From Auanema rhodensis (Eukaryota; Animalia; Nematoda): a DNA stretch of 64,000 bases. Under the pieces are notes generated by a model. That model saw nothing but the letters and a program-made list of their open reading frames with translations, had not been told where the DNA came from and did no database searches. This document shows, piece after piece, positions 27,301 to 38,779 of this stretch; position 1 is the first letter of the stretch; each line of letters begins with the position of its first letter. The translations under genes were made by a program, and so were the position numbers. The stretch is taken from contig OZ059894.1 of the NCBI GenBank assembly GCA_964057225.1, forward strand, positions 15,004,001 through 15,068,000. Direction: 5' to 3'.

Positions 27301-28052
27301 TCACAAATCCCTTGCATGAACGGGGCTCGGTAAGGGTACTATACTCTTTTTTTGTACATCCTGCGGTAGTGCTTTCCGCATATCTATAAATCGTAATGAT
27401 CATAAATTTAAATTAACTGTTCAACATACCGTACGCGTTCTCATCCTCTGTTCCTGAATAATAATCTAAAACTTCTCTATACACTACATAACCTAATGAT
27501 TTGTACATGCTAATTGCAACTTTATTTGAAACTCGCACGAAGAGATCAACAAAGTAGGATTCCTTGCTAAAAGAAAAACATTAGATATATTATGATATCT
27601 CTTGAAATTCCTAACAGTTCAGATATTATCTCGAGTGTGGTCATCATTCGAGCTCCTAAACCCAAACGTCGGTAAGCTGGAGCAACTGATAACGCCGTAA
27701 CATGTCCATGCCATTCTTCCAAGCGACCTTCGGCTTTACCCATAACTAAGCAATCAAGTTTAACGTTGAAGATACAGATCAGGCAAGTGAAAAACTTTTT
27801 GAGTTTTCACGAAATTAGCAATGCTGATTCATACCGTAGCCCATTATTTCTCCGTTAGGATGTTCCGCAACTTGATAGAACTCTGGCCAGTTAACCAAAT
27901 AGAACAGATAAAAGTTGAACCCATACTTAAAACAAATTTTAAAGCAAATTATATTATTCATTACAATTTTATACCGTTTCCGTGAGTTTATCAAGATTTA
28001 CACTATTGAACTTAAGCATGTCCAATGGGTGGAAAGGGCGGAGGGTAGTCAT
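27301..28052 (-). CDS. natb-1: N-alpha-acetyltransferase 20 (NatB catalytic subunit)
   Basis: MTTLRPF...FNSVNLDKLTETYGFNFYL, MGKAEG...WHGHVTALSVAPAYRRLGLG, YFVDLFVRVSNKVAISMYKSLGYVVYREVLDYY, EDENAYDMRKAL. Confidence 0.96.
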
Positions 28053-28301
28053 GTTCAGCTAAAACTTATTCTATCAGCTTTCCTTTTTATTCAACTATAC
28101 AGATATTCAGCAGGAATTCTAATCCTTGACAAAATATTCCTTTCGATTTCAACAACTTTAATTTTTTATTAATTATAAAAATTATCTGAGAACATTAATT
28201 TGAATTTAATGACTGTACACAACAATACAAGAAATCTAGATCATTTGAGACAATTCTTAAATTACACTTTTGGCAAAATGAATAGATTCCACTATATGGA
28301 T

Positions 28302-28608
28302 TTATTTGTCCTTTTCTTCATCCTGAATAATAATATATATAAGTATAAATATTAACGTAGTATTTTAAAATACCTGAACTCCAAAAGATTTTAAAGCAGG
28401 GAACTGATTTTTTAACCATCTTACGTAGAAAAGTTCTTGCTTTTGGTGAGGAGAAACAAGAGATGGATTATCTTGGATTGTATAGTATGCATAATGCATG
28501 GCTTAATCAATAATAATATTCATCAATCGAACAGTAAAAATACTTACAAACAATAAGAGCAGCGAAGCATCCCCACTCTTTCCATGTTTGTCCAGTGATA
28601 CGAGCCAT
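28302..28608 (-). CDS. Single-TM microprotein (~69 aa, 3 exons)
   Basis: MARITGQTWKEWGCFAALIV|SMHYAYYTIQDNPSLVSPHQKQELFYVRWLKNQFPALKSFGVQ|DEEKDK*; two short GT-AG introns keep the frame; ttag acceptor 1 nt before ATG. Confidence 0.7.
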
Positions 28609-29476
28609 TCTAAATAATGCTTCTAAGAAATATACATTATTGCGATATGAGGAAACAGTAGTAATAACAACTGAAACATTTAAAAAAGATTATACTGAGG
28701 AAAGATGAACTGACGCACAAGCGATGGTTGAACTTTAAGTACCCATAGCGGTCCCAGAGTACGTGACGTTTCGCAAGTTGAGATTTCTTGCCAAACTCAC
28801 GTAGGCCTGGCTAAGCAAATATTAATACTACATTTCAAGCTTTACACTTATGCAATTTAATAAAAAAATAGTTTATAACAAAAGTAATAACTATTTTGGA
28901 AGTGAACAATACTCGGATTTGAGTAAATTCTACCTGGTTATTGATTAAATTCGAGCAACCGGCGCTACATTGAAAATTCCTTTAATTTGTGATCGCACAT
29001 TGCGTCGTAAGTTTGTGATGTTTTTCAGCGGTTCAAAAATAATTTTTTAAAAAATATTATTATTTGTTATTATTTAAATAAAAATGAATAATTTCTCAAA
29101 GGAATTTGTTGATTTCGAAAAACAATTGCTAAATTAGGAATTTGTTTTTAGTTTTTCAAATAGTTAAGAAAAAATTATTATTGTAGTCCAATTAATGCTT
29201 TGTTGTTTCATTTTAATGTTATCATGGAATATTATGATACTTTTTTTGGTATTTATGTTTAAAATCCTGCGAATATTTTTTTGAATAAAAAGGACGTAGT
29301 CTGGTTCTGTTCCTTTTGCTATTTTTATTGTGAAGTTGCTACGAAATAAATTAATGTATTTTTGATCAGTCGAAGTTTAAATTTTAATTTACAATAATTT
29401 CAATAATTTTATTTAGTAATTTTCGATTGTATTTATGCCTTTTTTTCTCTTCTGTCTTAATTGATTACCATTTTAG

Positions 29477-30332
29477 ATGACTCCCGCTCAGAGTCGAGAT
29501 GTTCTAACAGTTGAAGAAGATGACAATGAAAGTATTCTTGAGAGTGAGGGTGGTGGTAAGGAAAACTATTTTAAATACATTCAATAATATCTAATTTGGT
29601 TCAGAATCCGGTATGGATTCTGCTGATGATAATGAACGCGAGGAAGACAATGTGGTAGTATTTGATACTGTAAAGGTATATTAAGCTAATTAGTGAAATT
29701 AAACTCTATGACACTTTTCTAGAGACCCAGACCGCAACTCCAGAGAAAGAAAAGGCTTACTAAAAAGGAAGTTAAGACAAAGCGAAGTGTAAGATTGAAA
29801 GAATACTTGATGTATTTTATGAATTCTTATAGGTTAAAATGCTTCTTTTAACAGCCGGACTAGTAAAGCCTGATGTAACCACTGATAAAGAAAAAGAAAG
29901 ATTGCTTAGAAGAATAGCTACAAAGTAGTTTCAGGATTTTTGTTAAAATTAAATTTTTTATTTTTAGGGGTGTTGTACAACTTTTCAATGCTGTAGCTAT
30001 AAGACAGAAGACTATGTCTGAAGAATTATCCAAAAAATTAACAATGAAAGAAAGACAGGTTTATTCCAAAATTTAAGTTAATTATTATATGTAAATTGTT
30101 TTAAGGAGGTTACTGAGAAGTTGAAAGGAAGTAACTTTGATGTCTACAGTGATCAAAGAAAGAAAGAAAAACAGGTATATTTTTTTCTTTTGAAAAAATA
30201 ATTATCTTTATCTAACATAAATTGGTTCAGGAACCTGATGATGATCAAGATGATGAAGATATGGATGATTTTGATTTGGATGACTCCGGATGCAAGGATG
30301 AGTTACATCTTGAAGAAGAGGATGGAGAATAG
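29477..30332 (+). CDS. RRP15-like ribosome biogenesis protein
   Basis: Acidic termini; [30 protein letters not shown] is the Rrp15 signature. Confidence 0.92.
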
Positions 30333-31252
30333 TTTGTTATTGTTATTGCTCTGTTGTTTTTGTTGTTATTATTGTTGTCTTCTGTCTTTGGCAGTATTTT
30401 CAAATCTATTTTGAAAATTTTTATATAAATTTACTGATATAATTCTATGTATATTTTATATTTTAAAATTATAACAGTTTTCAAGGTATATATCTTGATT
30501 AAAAGCAATACAAAAAGTCTACGAGGAGATACTTGTTTGATATTCGGATAGACACGCAGGGATTTTTACAAGAGGTTCAGAAGTTAGAAAATGTTCTGGA
30601 CAAACTGTAAGCATACACCAAACCTGTGAATAGTTTGAGCCATGTGCTGTATCGATACAATGATCAACTTGTTCTAACAGTTTTCGCCAATTTCCCTGTT
30701 TTTTTTTGAGTATTGAATGATTTTGATGTTAAACACATAGTTAATTGATTAGGTTTATCCGTTTGCATATGAAATGGATCGAATGCATGTTTTCTATCCT
30801 CTTCCAGGTCTTCATAGACTCGTCAAATCAGTTCTCTTCCAGTTCTAATAGGACATAGATTGATAAATCTGTCATGGTGATTCTTAAAATGGATACTGTT
30901 CTCAAGAAAGTCAGTACAAGCTGGTGTTACTCCGTTCTCGATGTTGCCTTAGATATGCGTTTAATAAGATATCGCTTTCAATATTTTTCTTAAATCTATT
31001 ATATGTATGTAGAATCGTTTTAATGAAGTTCCCTAAACATTTTAGAAAAGAATATCAACTGAATTTAGAGATAGAGTCAGTTCGATATGGATAATGAATC
31101 AGAGAAACGTTTGATCTTTAACCAAGTTTATGATTTTTATAAGAAATAAGTTTCTCTAATGTTCTCACTGTTCTATGTATAATTCATCTATTTTATCATT
31201 TATTTCTTTTTCTAGACTGTGTTTTAGATTTCAACTATATTCTTATCAAAAC

Positions 31253-32226
31253 ATGGCCTTTTTTCAGATAATGATTTACTTAGTGCTTATTTCATTTTGT
31301 ATAATTTATCAAGTAAACGCTGCTGGTTCAGCAATAAATAAGCAATGTCGTGAGCTACTACAGTGCTCGATCACTCAAAAATGTGTCAACGTGAGATGTT
31401 AATTCAAAAAAAACTTTTATTTAGTCATTTAGATTTAATTTTTGAGAAGAAACTTAAATTATATTGGGTACATTGTTTTCATACTCACATACTACATGAT
31501 TCAGTTACCATGGTTAGCCGAAAAATTGAACAATAAAGAGATATCAGCTGAAATGTACAACGATATAGATGCGGTTTGTCCTCGTGGCTTCAGTGGCCTT
31601 ACTTGTTTGGAGATTACTGCCAGACTAAAGGTTAACAACTTGAATCTCAGGCTACCGATTATGGCTGCATCTTCACTGCTGGATGTCAAGAAGAATGTAA
31701 TCGTTGTCCGCTATGTTTCAACAGCAAACAACAAGTTGTGGAAATTCTGAGTGGAACTCGTTTTAACGAAACTGGTAATACAGATTCTATATTTCTGTTG
31801 AAGCAGTTGTGATTCCTGAACTTTTCTTTAGCTGAATGTCATGACTTATTGGAGTGTGCCGGGGATTGCGTATCTACATCGGGTCAAGACCTCAGTATGA
31901 TCAATCGGTGCTTAAGACATACCTGTGCATATCACTGTTTTGATGGGTAAACTAGAACGATACAGGAATCTCATAGAAACTATGAACTTCTTTACAGTTC
32001 ATGCCCGAAGTGCTCTGGATTCGTAACCAGAATATTCAACCAGATGTGCGTATCTGGAGATTTCAGAGAAAATGTGAAAGGATTTGAAGTAAAATCGACT
32101 TTAGAAACAATCTATATAATAGTATTTATGTTATAGGGACAGTGTTTTGAACTTTTCCGTGAAATCGTGCACGAAAAATTCCGAGCAGAATTCGACAAAA
32201 CTGGAAAAGCACCGGCTATTGGATAA
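31253..32226 (+). CDS. Secreted cysteine-rich nematode protein of unknown function
   Basis: Signal peptide; CRELLQC, YGCIFTAGCQEECNRCPLC, ECHDLLECAGDC, RCLRHTCAYHCFDGSCPKC, NQMC, GQCFELFREIV; frame maintained over about 5 introns. Confidence 0.82.
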
Positions 32227-32713
32227 TTTCTTACAACAGCGCTTCGACGATTGCAATGCAACATATTTATTTCCTATTATGCCTTCAACAATAAGAATTA
32301 TTTGAAAAACTATATGAAAGAAAATAATATTTTTGTTTGAAAAAACCTGTCAAGTACAATTTCGTAATCATGACTATTATACAATTAAAAGTTTGTAAAG
32401 AAAATAAACTAAATATGCTATATATGGGCATATTGTTATATGAAATGAAGCCATTTGGTCTTTTTTGTCTATTCTTATCGTATACTCTACACAAAAATTG
32501 ATCAGAAAACGACATCATACAACTGATTTGGCCCAATCAATAAACCATTTGATATCTTGGGTGTCGTGGTCAAATGAAGTGACCACCCCCTATGTTCTTG
32601 ATTGAATTGCTTTTATTTTTGGCTGCTTGTCATGTTTTCTATTTGATAATATTAGAAAAAGCTTTTATTCTGTTCATTATTTTACATTTCATTTTCTATT
32701 TTTTTCCTTTAAG

Positions 32714-34068
32714 ATGGAAGATTGTTCAAAAAATGTATCAGCGATTATTGAGAATCATAAACCAACCTTGACTGAATTGAAAAATGTTATTGAACAAGGA
32801 CTTCAATCTAATTTTCAAACTGTTCATGTTGATATAGTTGAATGTCCAGGTAATAGATTTTGGCAATATATATTTTTGTTTCTTTTTTCATTGATTATTA
32901 TTAAGAAATTAAGATTTGTGTGAACCGCCGTTTAATCAAACGTCATCAGGTTTCGGTCAAAGTTTAAGGATTGCTGAAGTTGGAGGTCCAGGAAATCTTT
33001 TTCCGGTCATTAATAAAAATAAAGAATTTGATTTAGTGGTAATAAATATTTATATTTTTTGCCTTCCAAAAACTTACTTTTTATATTTTCTTAGATATTG
33101 TTCACTGACTTCTAAAATCGTTTTACAGAAAATCGGTGAAGTCTGTGAGTTGAACGATGGTTTCGTATTTGGGCCAGGTGCTGGGCCTTGGCCTATAGTG
33201 GGCACCAATTGCGAAATGGTGGCAGATGGCAATTTAAAGGAGAATAAGGTTTGGAAAGTTTTTATAGGTTAAAAAGTTTTTGAACTTTCTAGTTTGCTAC
33301 CAAGACTACACGCATCGATAAGAAGTCAAGAGGCTACATCTTAGAAAATATAAAGTCCTCAAAGTTTAGTTTGATGGCAAATTTAGCACTTTCGGATAGT
33401 GATATTCAAGCAGATGTCTGTAAGTAAAATTATTTCTAAAATTAAAATTAAAAGTACAGATTTTTATTTTAAAAATTATGGAATATTTAGTACATTTCAA
33501 ATGCGAAGTTCGCACAGGTCCGGAAAATGTCACAAATTGTATTCGTAAAGCTTTAGCAGAATTTTACGGTGATAAGTATGTTGATTACTTCAATGATTTT
33601 AATTAATTTATAGTTGTTTTTAGAACTGTATCAATAGCAGGTTTTTTCATTATCAGGCAAGGTAAAGCCAAACTTCATATCATGCCTGATTTCCCTTGCT
33701 GTCCGTTTACAAAAACAAGTGAAGTAAGTGAATTAGCTGCATTGATATGATTTATGATTTATATTTTATTGTTATTATATATACTGTATTCATATAGATT
33801 GATAAATGGTTACGGTATTATGATATCAGAGCACCACTAGTATGTGCAACTGTGATGCACTCCAATGATCCGGGATATAATCTTCGACTTGAGCATACCC
33901 ATTGTTTTTCCGAACAAGGAGATGGAGGTTCTTAACATTATTTTGTCACTGTTATCATATCTACTTCTAGGTCACTATCACTATGATACAACACCTGAAA
34001 CAGTGATTTATGAAGGATGGTTGGCACCATCAGAAAAAATTTATCGAATTGATGAAGTTGCTGGGTAA
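32714..34068 (+). CDS. C11orf54/DUF1907 zinc-binding protein (ester hydrolase PTD012 family)
   Basis: GLQSNFQTVHVDIVECPDL...PPF, IAEVGGPGNL, FGPGAGP, MANLALS, KAKLHIMPDF, APLVC, LRLEHTHCFS...GGHYHYDTTPETVIYEGW...YRID. Confidence 0.93.
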
Positions 34069-34127
34069 CTACAGCATATAAATGATTTTAAACGCTTATT
34101 AACGATAAATTAATTCGGCTAAAAAAT

Positions 34128-34154
34128 ATAATAATAATAATAATAATAATAATA
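34128..34154 (+). repeat. (ATA)9 microsatellite
   Basis: ataataataataataataataataata in the 3' flank of the DUF1907 gene. Confidence 0.85.
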
Positions 34155-34968
34155 GAAGTAGAAATTATAGATTTCTCTAGCAAAAAAAAGTTTTATATTA
34201 ATTTTTTTTCATTTTTTAAATTAAAATAAAACAATACAACAAAACAATATAACCACAAATTAAAATGCAACCGATTCACTCAAAAAGAAGAAGAAAATGA
34301 TTTAATTAAAATTTGCATAACTATACGATATCACGCAAATACGTGCACTTTAATGTATTAGCCTATACTCTGTTATTTACTCTTCAGTTTTTTTCAAAGA
34401 AATACTCATTTTTCAGGAATATTTCTTTTAAATATAAAGGTTTTATTCTGTAAAATAAGGGCAATCATTATGGCTCGCAATTTGCAGCAGTGATTGAAAT
34501 GAGATGCATTGATACAAAAAGCTGAAGACAAATCATGAGCGGCTCGTATTTCCTTCTGCAGACATGACATGTAAACTGGACGGAAGTACGTAACGTTCTT
34601 TTTTAATTGAATGTAATTGTATTCCGGATAAAGTAAGCGAGAGATCAGTAAAGCGAAGATGTAGACAAATGTGAACGAAATACAATATTCAAGATAATAT
34701 TTGAAATATTTTAAAAGGCGATGATGCGATGGTCAACATCACGCGATGTGACGAATCTTCTACAGCTTTTTTATAAGTATTCCCCCTGAATCAATCAGTT
34801 CATTCAGACACGTTCTTTAGACTCATTTACTTTAACATAATTTTTATCGAGCATGTCAGTTAAGCATTAGTTTTGAACGCTAAATAAACTTCGATTCAAA
34901 GATTGTTCTTTTAGTAACATCTATAAGTTTACAACTTTAATTTCAGTTAGCTTATCAACACTAAGATA

Positions 34969-37900
34969 ATGCCTCGACGACGGCGTACTGAAGATGCTAA
35001 CACTGATTCATACATATATGAGAAACCAGAGCTAAGAACAACCTTGGATCGTTTTGCTGAGGATACATCTATGTTAGGATTCCGATATTTACATACACGA
35101 TATAAAACGTGGTTCAGGTTTGTTAAGCTTTTAACTCGAGTTTATCTAATTTTCTAACTATTAAGACTGGTATGGGCATTACTTTTATTTTTTTTTCTTG
35201 GATTAACAGTTTATCAAGTATGTGAACGAATAGCATATTATTTCATCAGGTTTGTATTAATTTTTTTTTGTTTTTGAAATATGATGTTGTGAATTTTTAT
35301 GTTTTTAGAAATCCTCTAACTACAAGAAGATCTTATGATACTCCGCAAACAATGAAATTTCCAACAATCGGAATTTGTAATAAAATGCAAATTAGGTAAA
35401 ATTTTATATTTTTAAGTATATATATCGATTTAAAAAATTAAGAGTTTCATCAATAGTTGATAGAAAACCAGAGTTACTTAGAGCAATTTGTAAATCATAT
35501 GATAGTGATGGACAGGTATTCGATATTTGGATATTATAGCTAAATAAATAAATATTTTTAAGATTATACGGAATAAAACTATATTAGATGCATTAAAAGA
35601 GTTTGATGATACAGATGTTTTAGAAATACATCGAATGGCACATCAAACAGTCGACGATTTCTTTGTCAGGTTCTTGCCTCATCTTTGCAGTCTTTAAAAT
35701 TTTTTTAAATTTCAGTTGTGAACTTGGAAAATCAGGATCGTGTCAAGATTATATCAAACCAATATTTACAGCGGATGGCTTATGTTTCGCTGTAACTCCA
35801 AATATTACTGTGCGTCGTCCAGGTTTTCAATTATTTCATGATACAGATTTGATTATGACTATTTCAGGTCCTGAAACGACATTATCTTTGCTACTTAATT
35901 TAGAAGTATATGAAATAATTCCTGGAATGGTAGTTGATCCAGGAGTAACATTATCAATATATGATGAAAGCCAACAAATAACTGATTATGCTCAAGGTAT
36001 ACATCTCGAAGCAGGAAAGATAGTCACAATTCCAATAAATGAAGTTCGGAAGGTTGTTATGTTCAATATAGGAAAATAAACTTTCAAGTTTTGCTTTAGC
36101 TTTCAAGATATCAGCAATATTGTGGAAAAAGAGATGTTGGTCCCTTTGATAGAGATGAATACTCTTTAGCTGCATGTAAATGGGCGAATACGGTAGAACG
36201 GATTGAGAGCAAATGTGGTTGTAGCCCTATTTTAAGTCCTTACCATCGTAATTATATGGTTGGAGATAGAAAGGTCTGATGAATAAAACAGTTACAGTAT
36301 ACATATGATAGATAATTCAGATGAATAAAACAATGAAATCGAAAACACGTGTATGTACATTTTATCAGGAAGTAAATTGTGTATCACGAGTAATGGTAAG
36401 ACAAAAGATTATCTTCAATCCCCATTTGTATAATTTGATTTAGCACACAGATTCGGATGATGAAAGCTTAGCTCAGCAATGCCCAGAAGATTGTACGGAT
36501 GTTAGTTATTCATCGGTAGTATTCGGCGGAAAACTTGTATATTATTAGGCAAACATAGAAAAAATGACAATGAAAACTTTTAGGTTCCATCAGAAATAGT
36601 AAGCATGCTTCCAAGTGATTGGGAAGATTTGAAAGAAAAACGAATGACTGAGTTTCAGGTTTATTTACAACATTTTATTAAATAAATATAAATTTAAACA
36701 TAAATATAGAAGGCATTAGAAGTTATTCCGAATGAAAAAATACCTGTTGTTCGAGCAGTGCAATCATTATCTATTGAGGCTCAACAATTCTTTCGATTAG
36801 CTTCAGGAGTATATTTCAATTTTTATTCATCTTTATAAATTTTTATAATTATTAAGATATTTGAAGTACAGAATGACGATATAACTTTACCGTGCTTTGC
36901 ATCAAACATGGTTCGAACATCAGAATATAGTTTATTAAAATATCGATCTACTGAAGTAATATGGGAAAGAGTTACAACGTATTATTTTCTTTTTAAATAT
37001 TTTTTTTTGTAAAAATATCTTTTTCTAGTTATGTAACAAGAAGTCTATCAAGAGAATTGAATAGTACAGCAAGAGCGATTGGCTTTACAATGGATAAAGA
37101 TGGAGTACTAGAAGAGCATCATCCTACTACATCAAATTATTCAATGGTTTTTGAACTTATTTCTCAAACATATTTTACATAAATAATTTTCAGATTGCTT
37201 TATCATTGTTACAGCTTGGCTCAACGGAAACACATCTTTCACAGCCAGCTCATACATTCGGTTTAAAACAAATGGATGAATCAGCCAGAAAATCAGTAAT
37301 TGCTTTTGGTTAGAATTTACATTTTCAAAAAAAAAACAAAACAATTATTTTGTTTATTATAGTTTTACCTTTTATACGAGATATAAAGCAATGTGTAATG
37401 AAATTACATGAAAGCCATGACAAATTTGAAAGTGTTGCTCATGAATGTCGGAAGGTTATAAGCTTCTGGACTTTTTTCGTAATAAGTGTAATTGATTATT
37501 TTTAGTTTTTTCGAACTTATTATGATGTACTACTTGATGCTCAAAAGGTGTATCATATGGCTAACGAAAATTCACCAGCTTTTCAGGTATTTAAAGCAAT
37601 AACTATCATTGTTAATGTTAATATAATCTTTAGGCGTATGAAGAAATTATGAAACGAATACAATCTGCTTTACGTAGTGTTTCTAAAACCAATAGAGTGA
37701 AAGTTTTAGATTGGATTGGTCATAATATTAATATAAAACAATTTGAAAACTTGTATAGGTTCATATAAAACTTATATATGTTCAATGAAGAAAGTAAATT
37801 CAGAGATGGAGGACATGATAATGTGGAAATTGTGGAATTAATGAAGCTTCGGAAGCCAATGATTTCTGATATAGTGGATTCCGTAAGTTATTGATTATAG

Positions 37901-38779
37901 AAATAATATACAATTAAATAAAATTAGATAAACGCAACCGATCTATTGGACTTTTAGTTTTAAAATAAATGTTCACGTATTCATATTTTTCACGTAATAT
38001 TTTCAGATTCATTTACTCATATCAGAATTAAATGAAGGACTAGAAGCTAGAGATCGATTTTTAAGTAAAATGAAGATAACTGATGATGGAACTTCATCAA
38101 ATGGTACAAAAATGACAATGAGATGTCTTTATAATATAACAGAGAAAATACCAATTCTTAAGGTTTTTAACTAGTTTTATATTAAGTTTCTTAGCTAACT
38201 TCTTTTAGAAAAGCTCGTTTCTTCGAGAAGAATGGTTGAGTCGTGTTCAACGACAAGTTCAAATAGCCCAATCGTATTCACCTTCTCCACAGTATGATCA
38301 GTAAGTACTATTCAATTGAGCAGAATTATATTTTGTGCTACCGTAATCTAAACGAAAAGATAAGTGCAGGTGCAGCTTTTAGTATAGCCATTATTATATT
38401 TTATTTTTCTTCTAAATATGTGGGTTTTGGGTAAGAATTAAAAATAATTTGGTTCAAAAAATTAAAATAAATATTGTTTTTATACAAAAATTATTATTAT
38501 ATTTGTATATTATAGGGTTAATTTGCTTAATGTGAAGTTATACTTTGCTCATTTTAAACAGGAAACTATTACTCAAGAAAGATCATATAATATGTTTTTA
38601 CTATTGGGTATAATTAATAAAAAAAGTATATCTAAAGACTTCTCATTCTATTTTCAGCTGAGATTGGAGGTACTATTGGCTTGTACGTCGGAGCAACTTT
38701 ACTAACAGTTGCAGAAACTATTGTTTTTTTCTTTGAACGAAGGACAAGATTAACATTCATAAAACCAAGTCATATATAG
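34969..38779 (+). CDS. DEG/ENaC (amiloride-sensitive sodium channel family) subunit with large extracellular insertion
   Basis: FAEDTSMLG pre-TM1, RLVW TM1, FPTIGICN, FTADGLCF, GPETTLSLLL, Cys-rich thumb (CGC...CPEDC..YSS), VKLYF, AEIGGTIGLYVGATLLTVAE TM2; more than 20 exons, nearly all frame-checked. Confidence 0.92.

Noticed and set aside
28620-29001. Possible additional spliced ORF (PGLREFGKKSQLAKRHVLWDRYG...) upstream of the microprotein
   Set aside because: No in-frame ATG found; reported only as a hairpin/non-coding element.
30519-30960. TACGAGG start and higher GC, suggesting a mariner-like remnant
   Set aside because: No matching inverted terminus and no transposase motif found.
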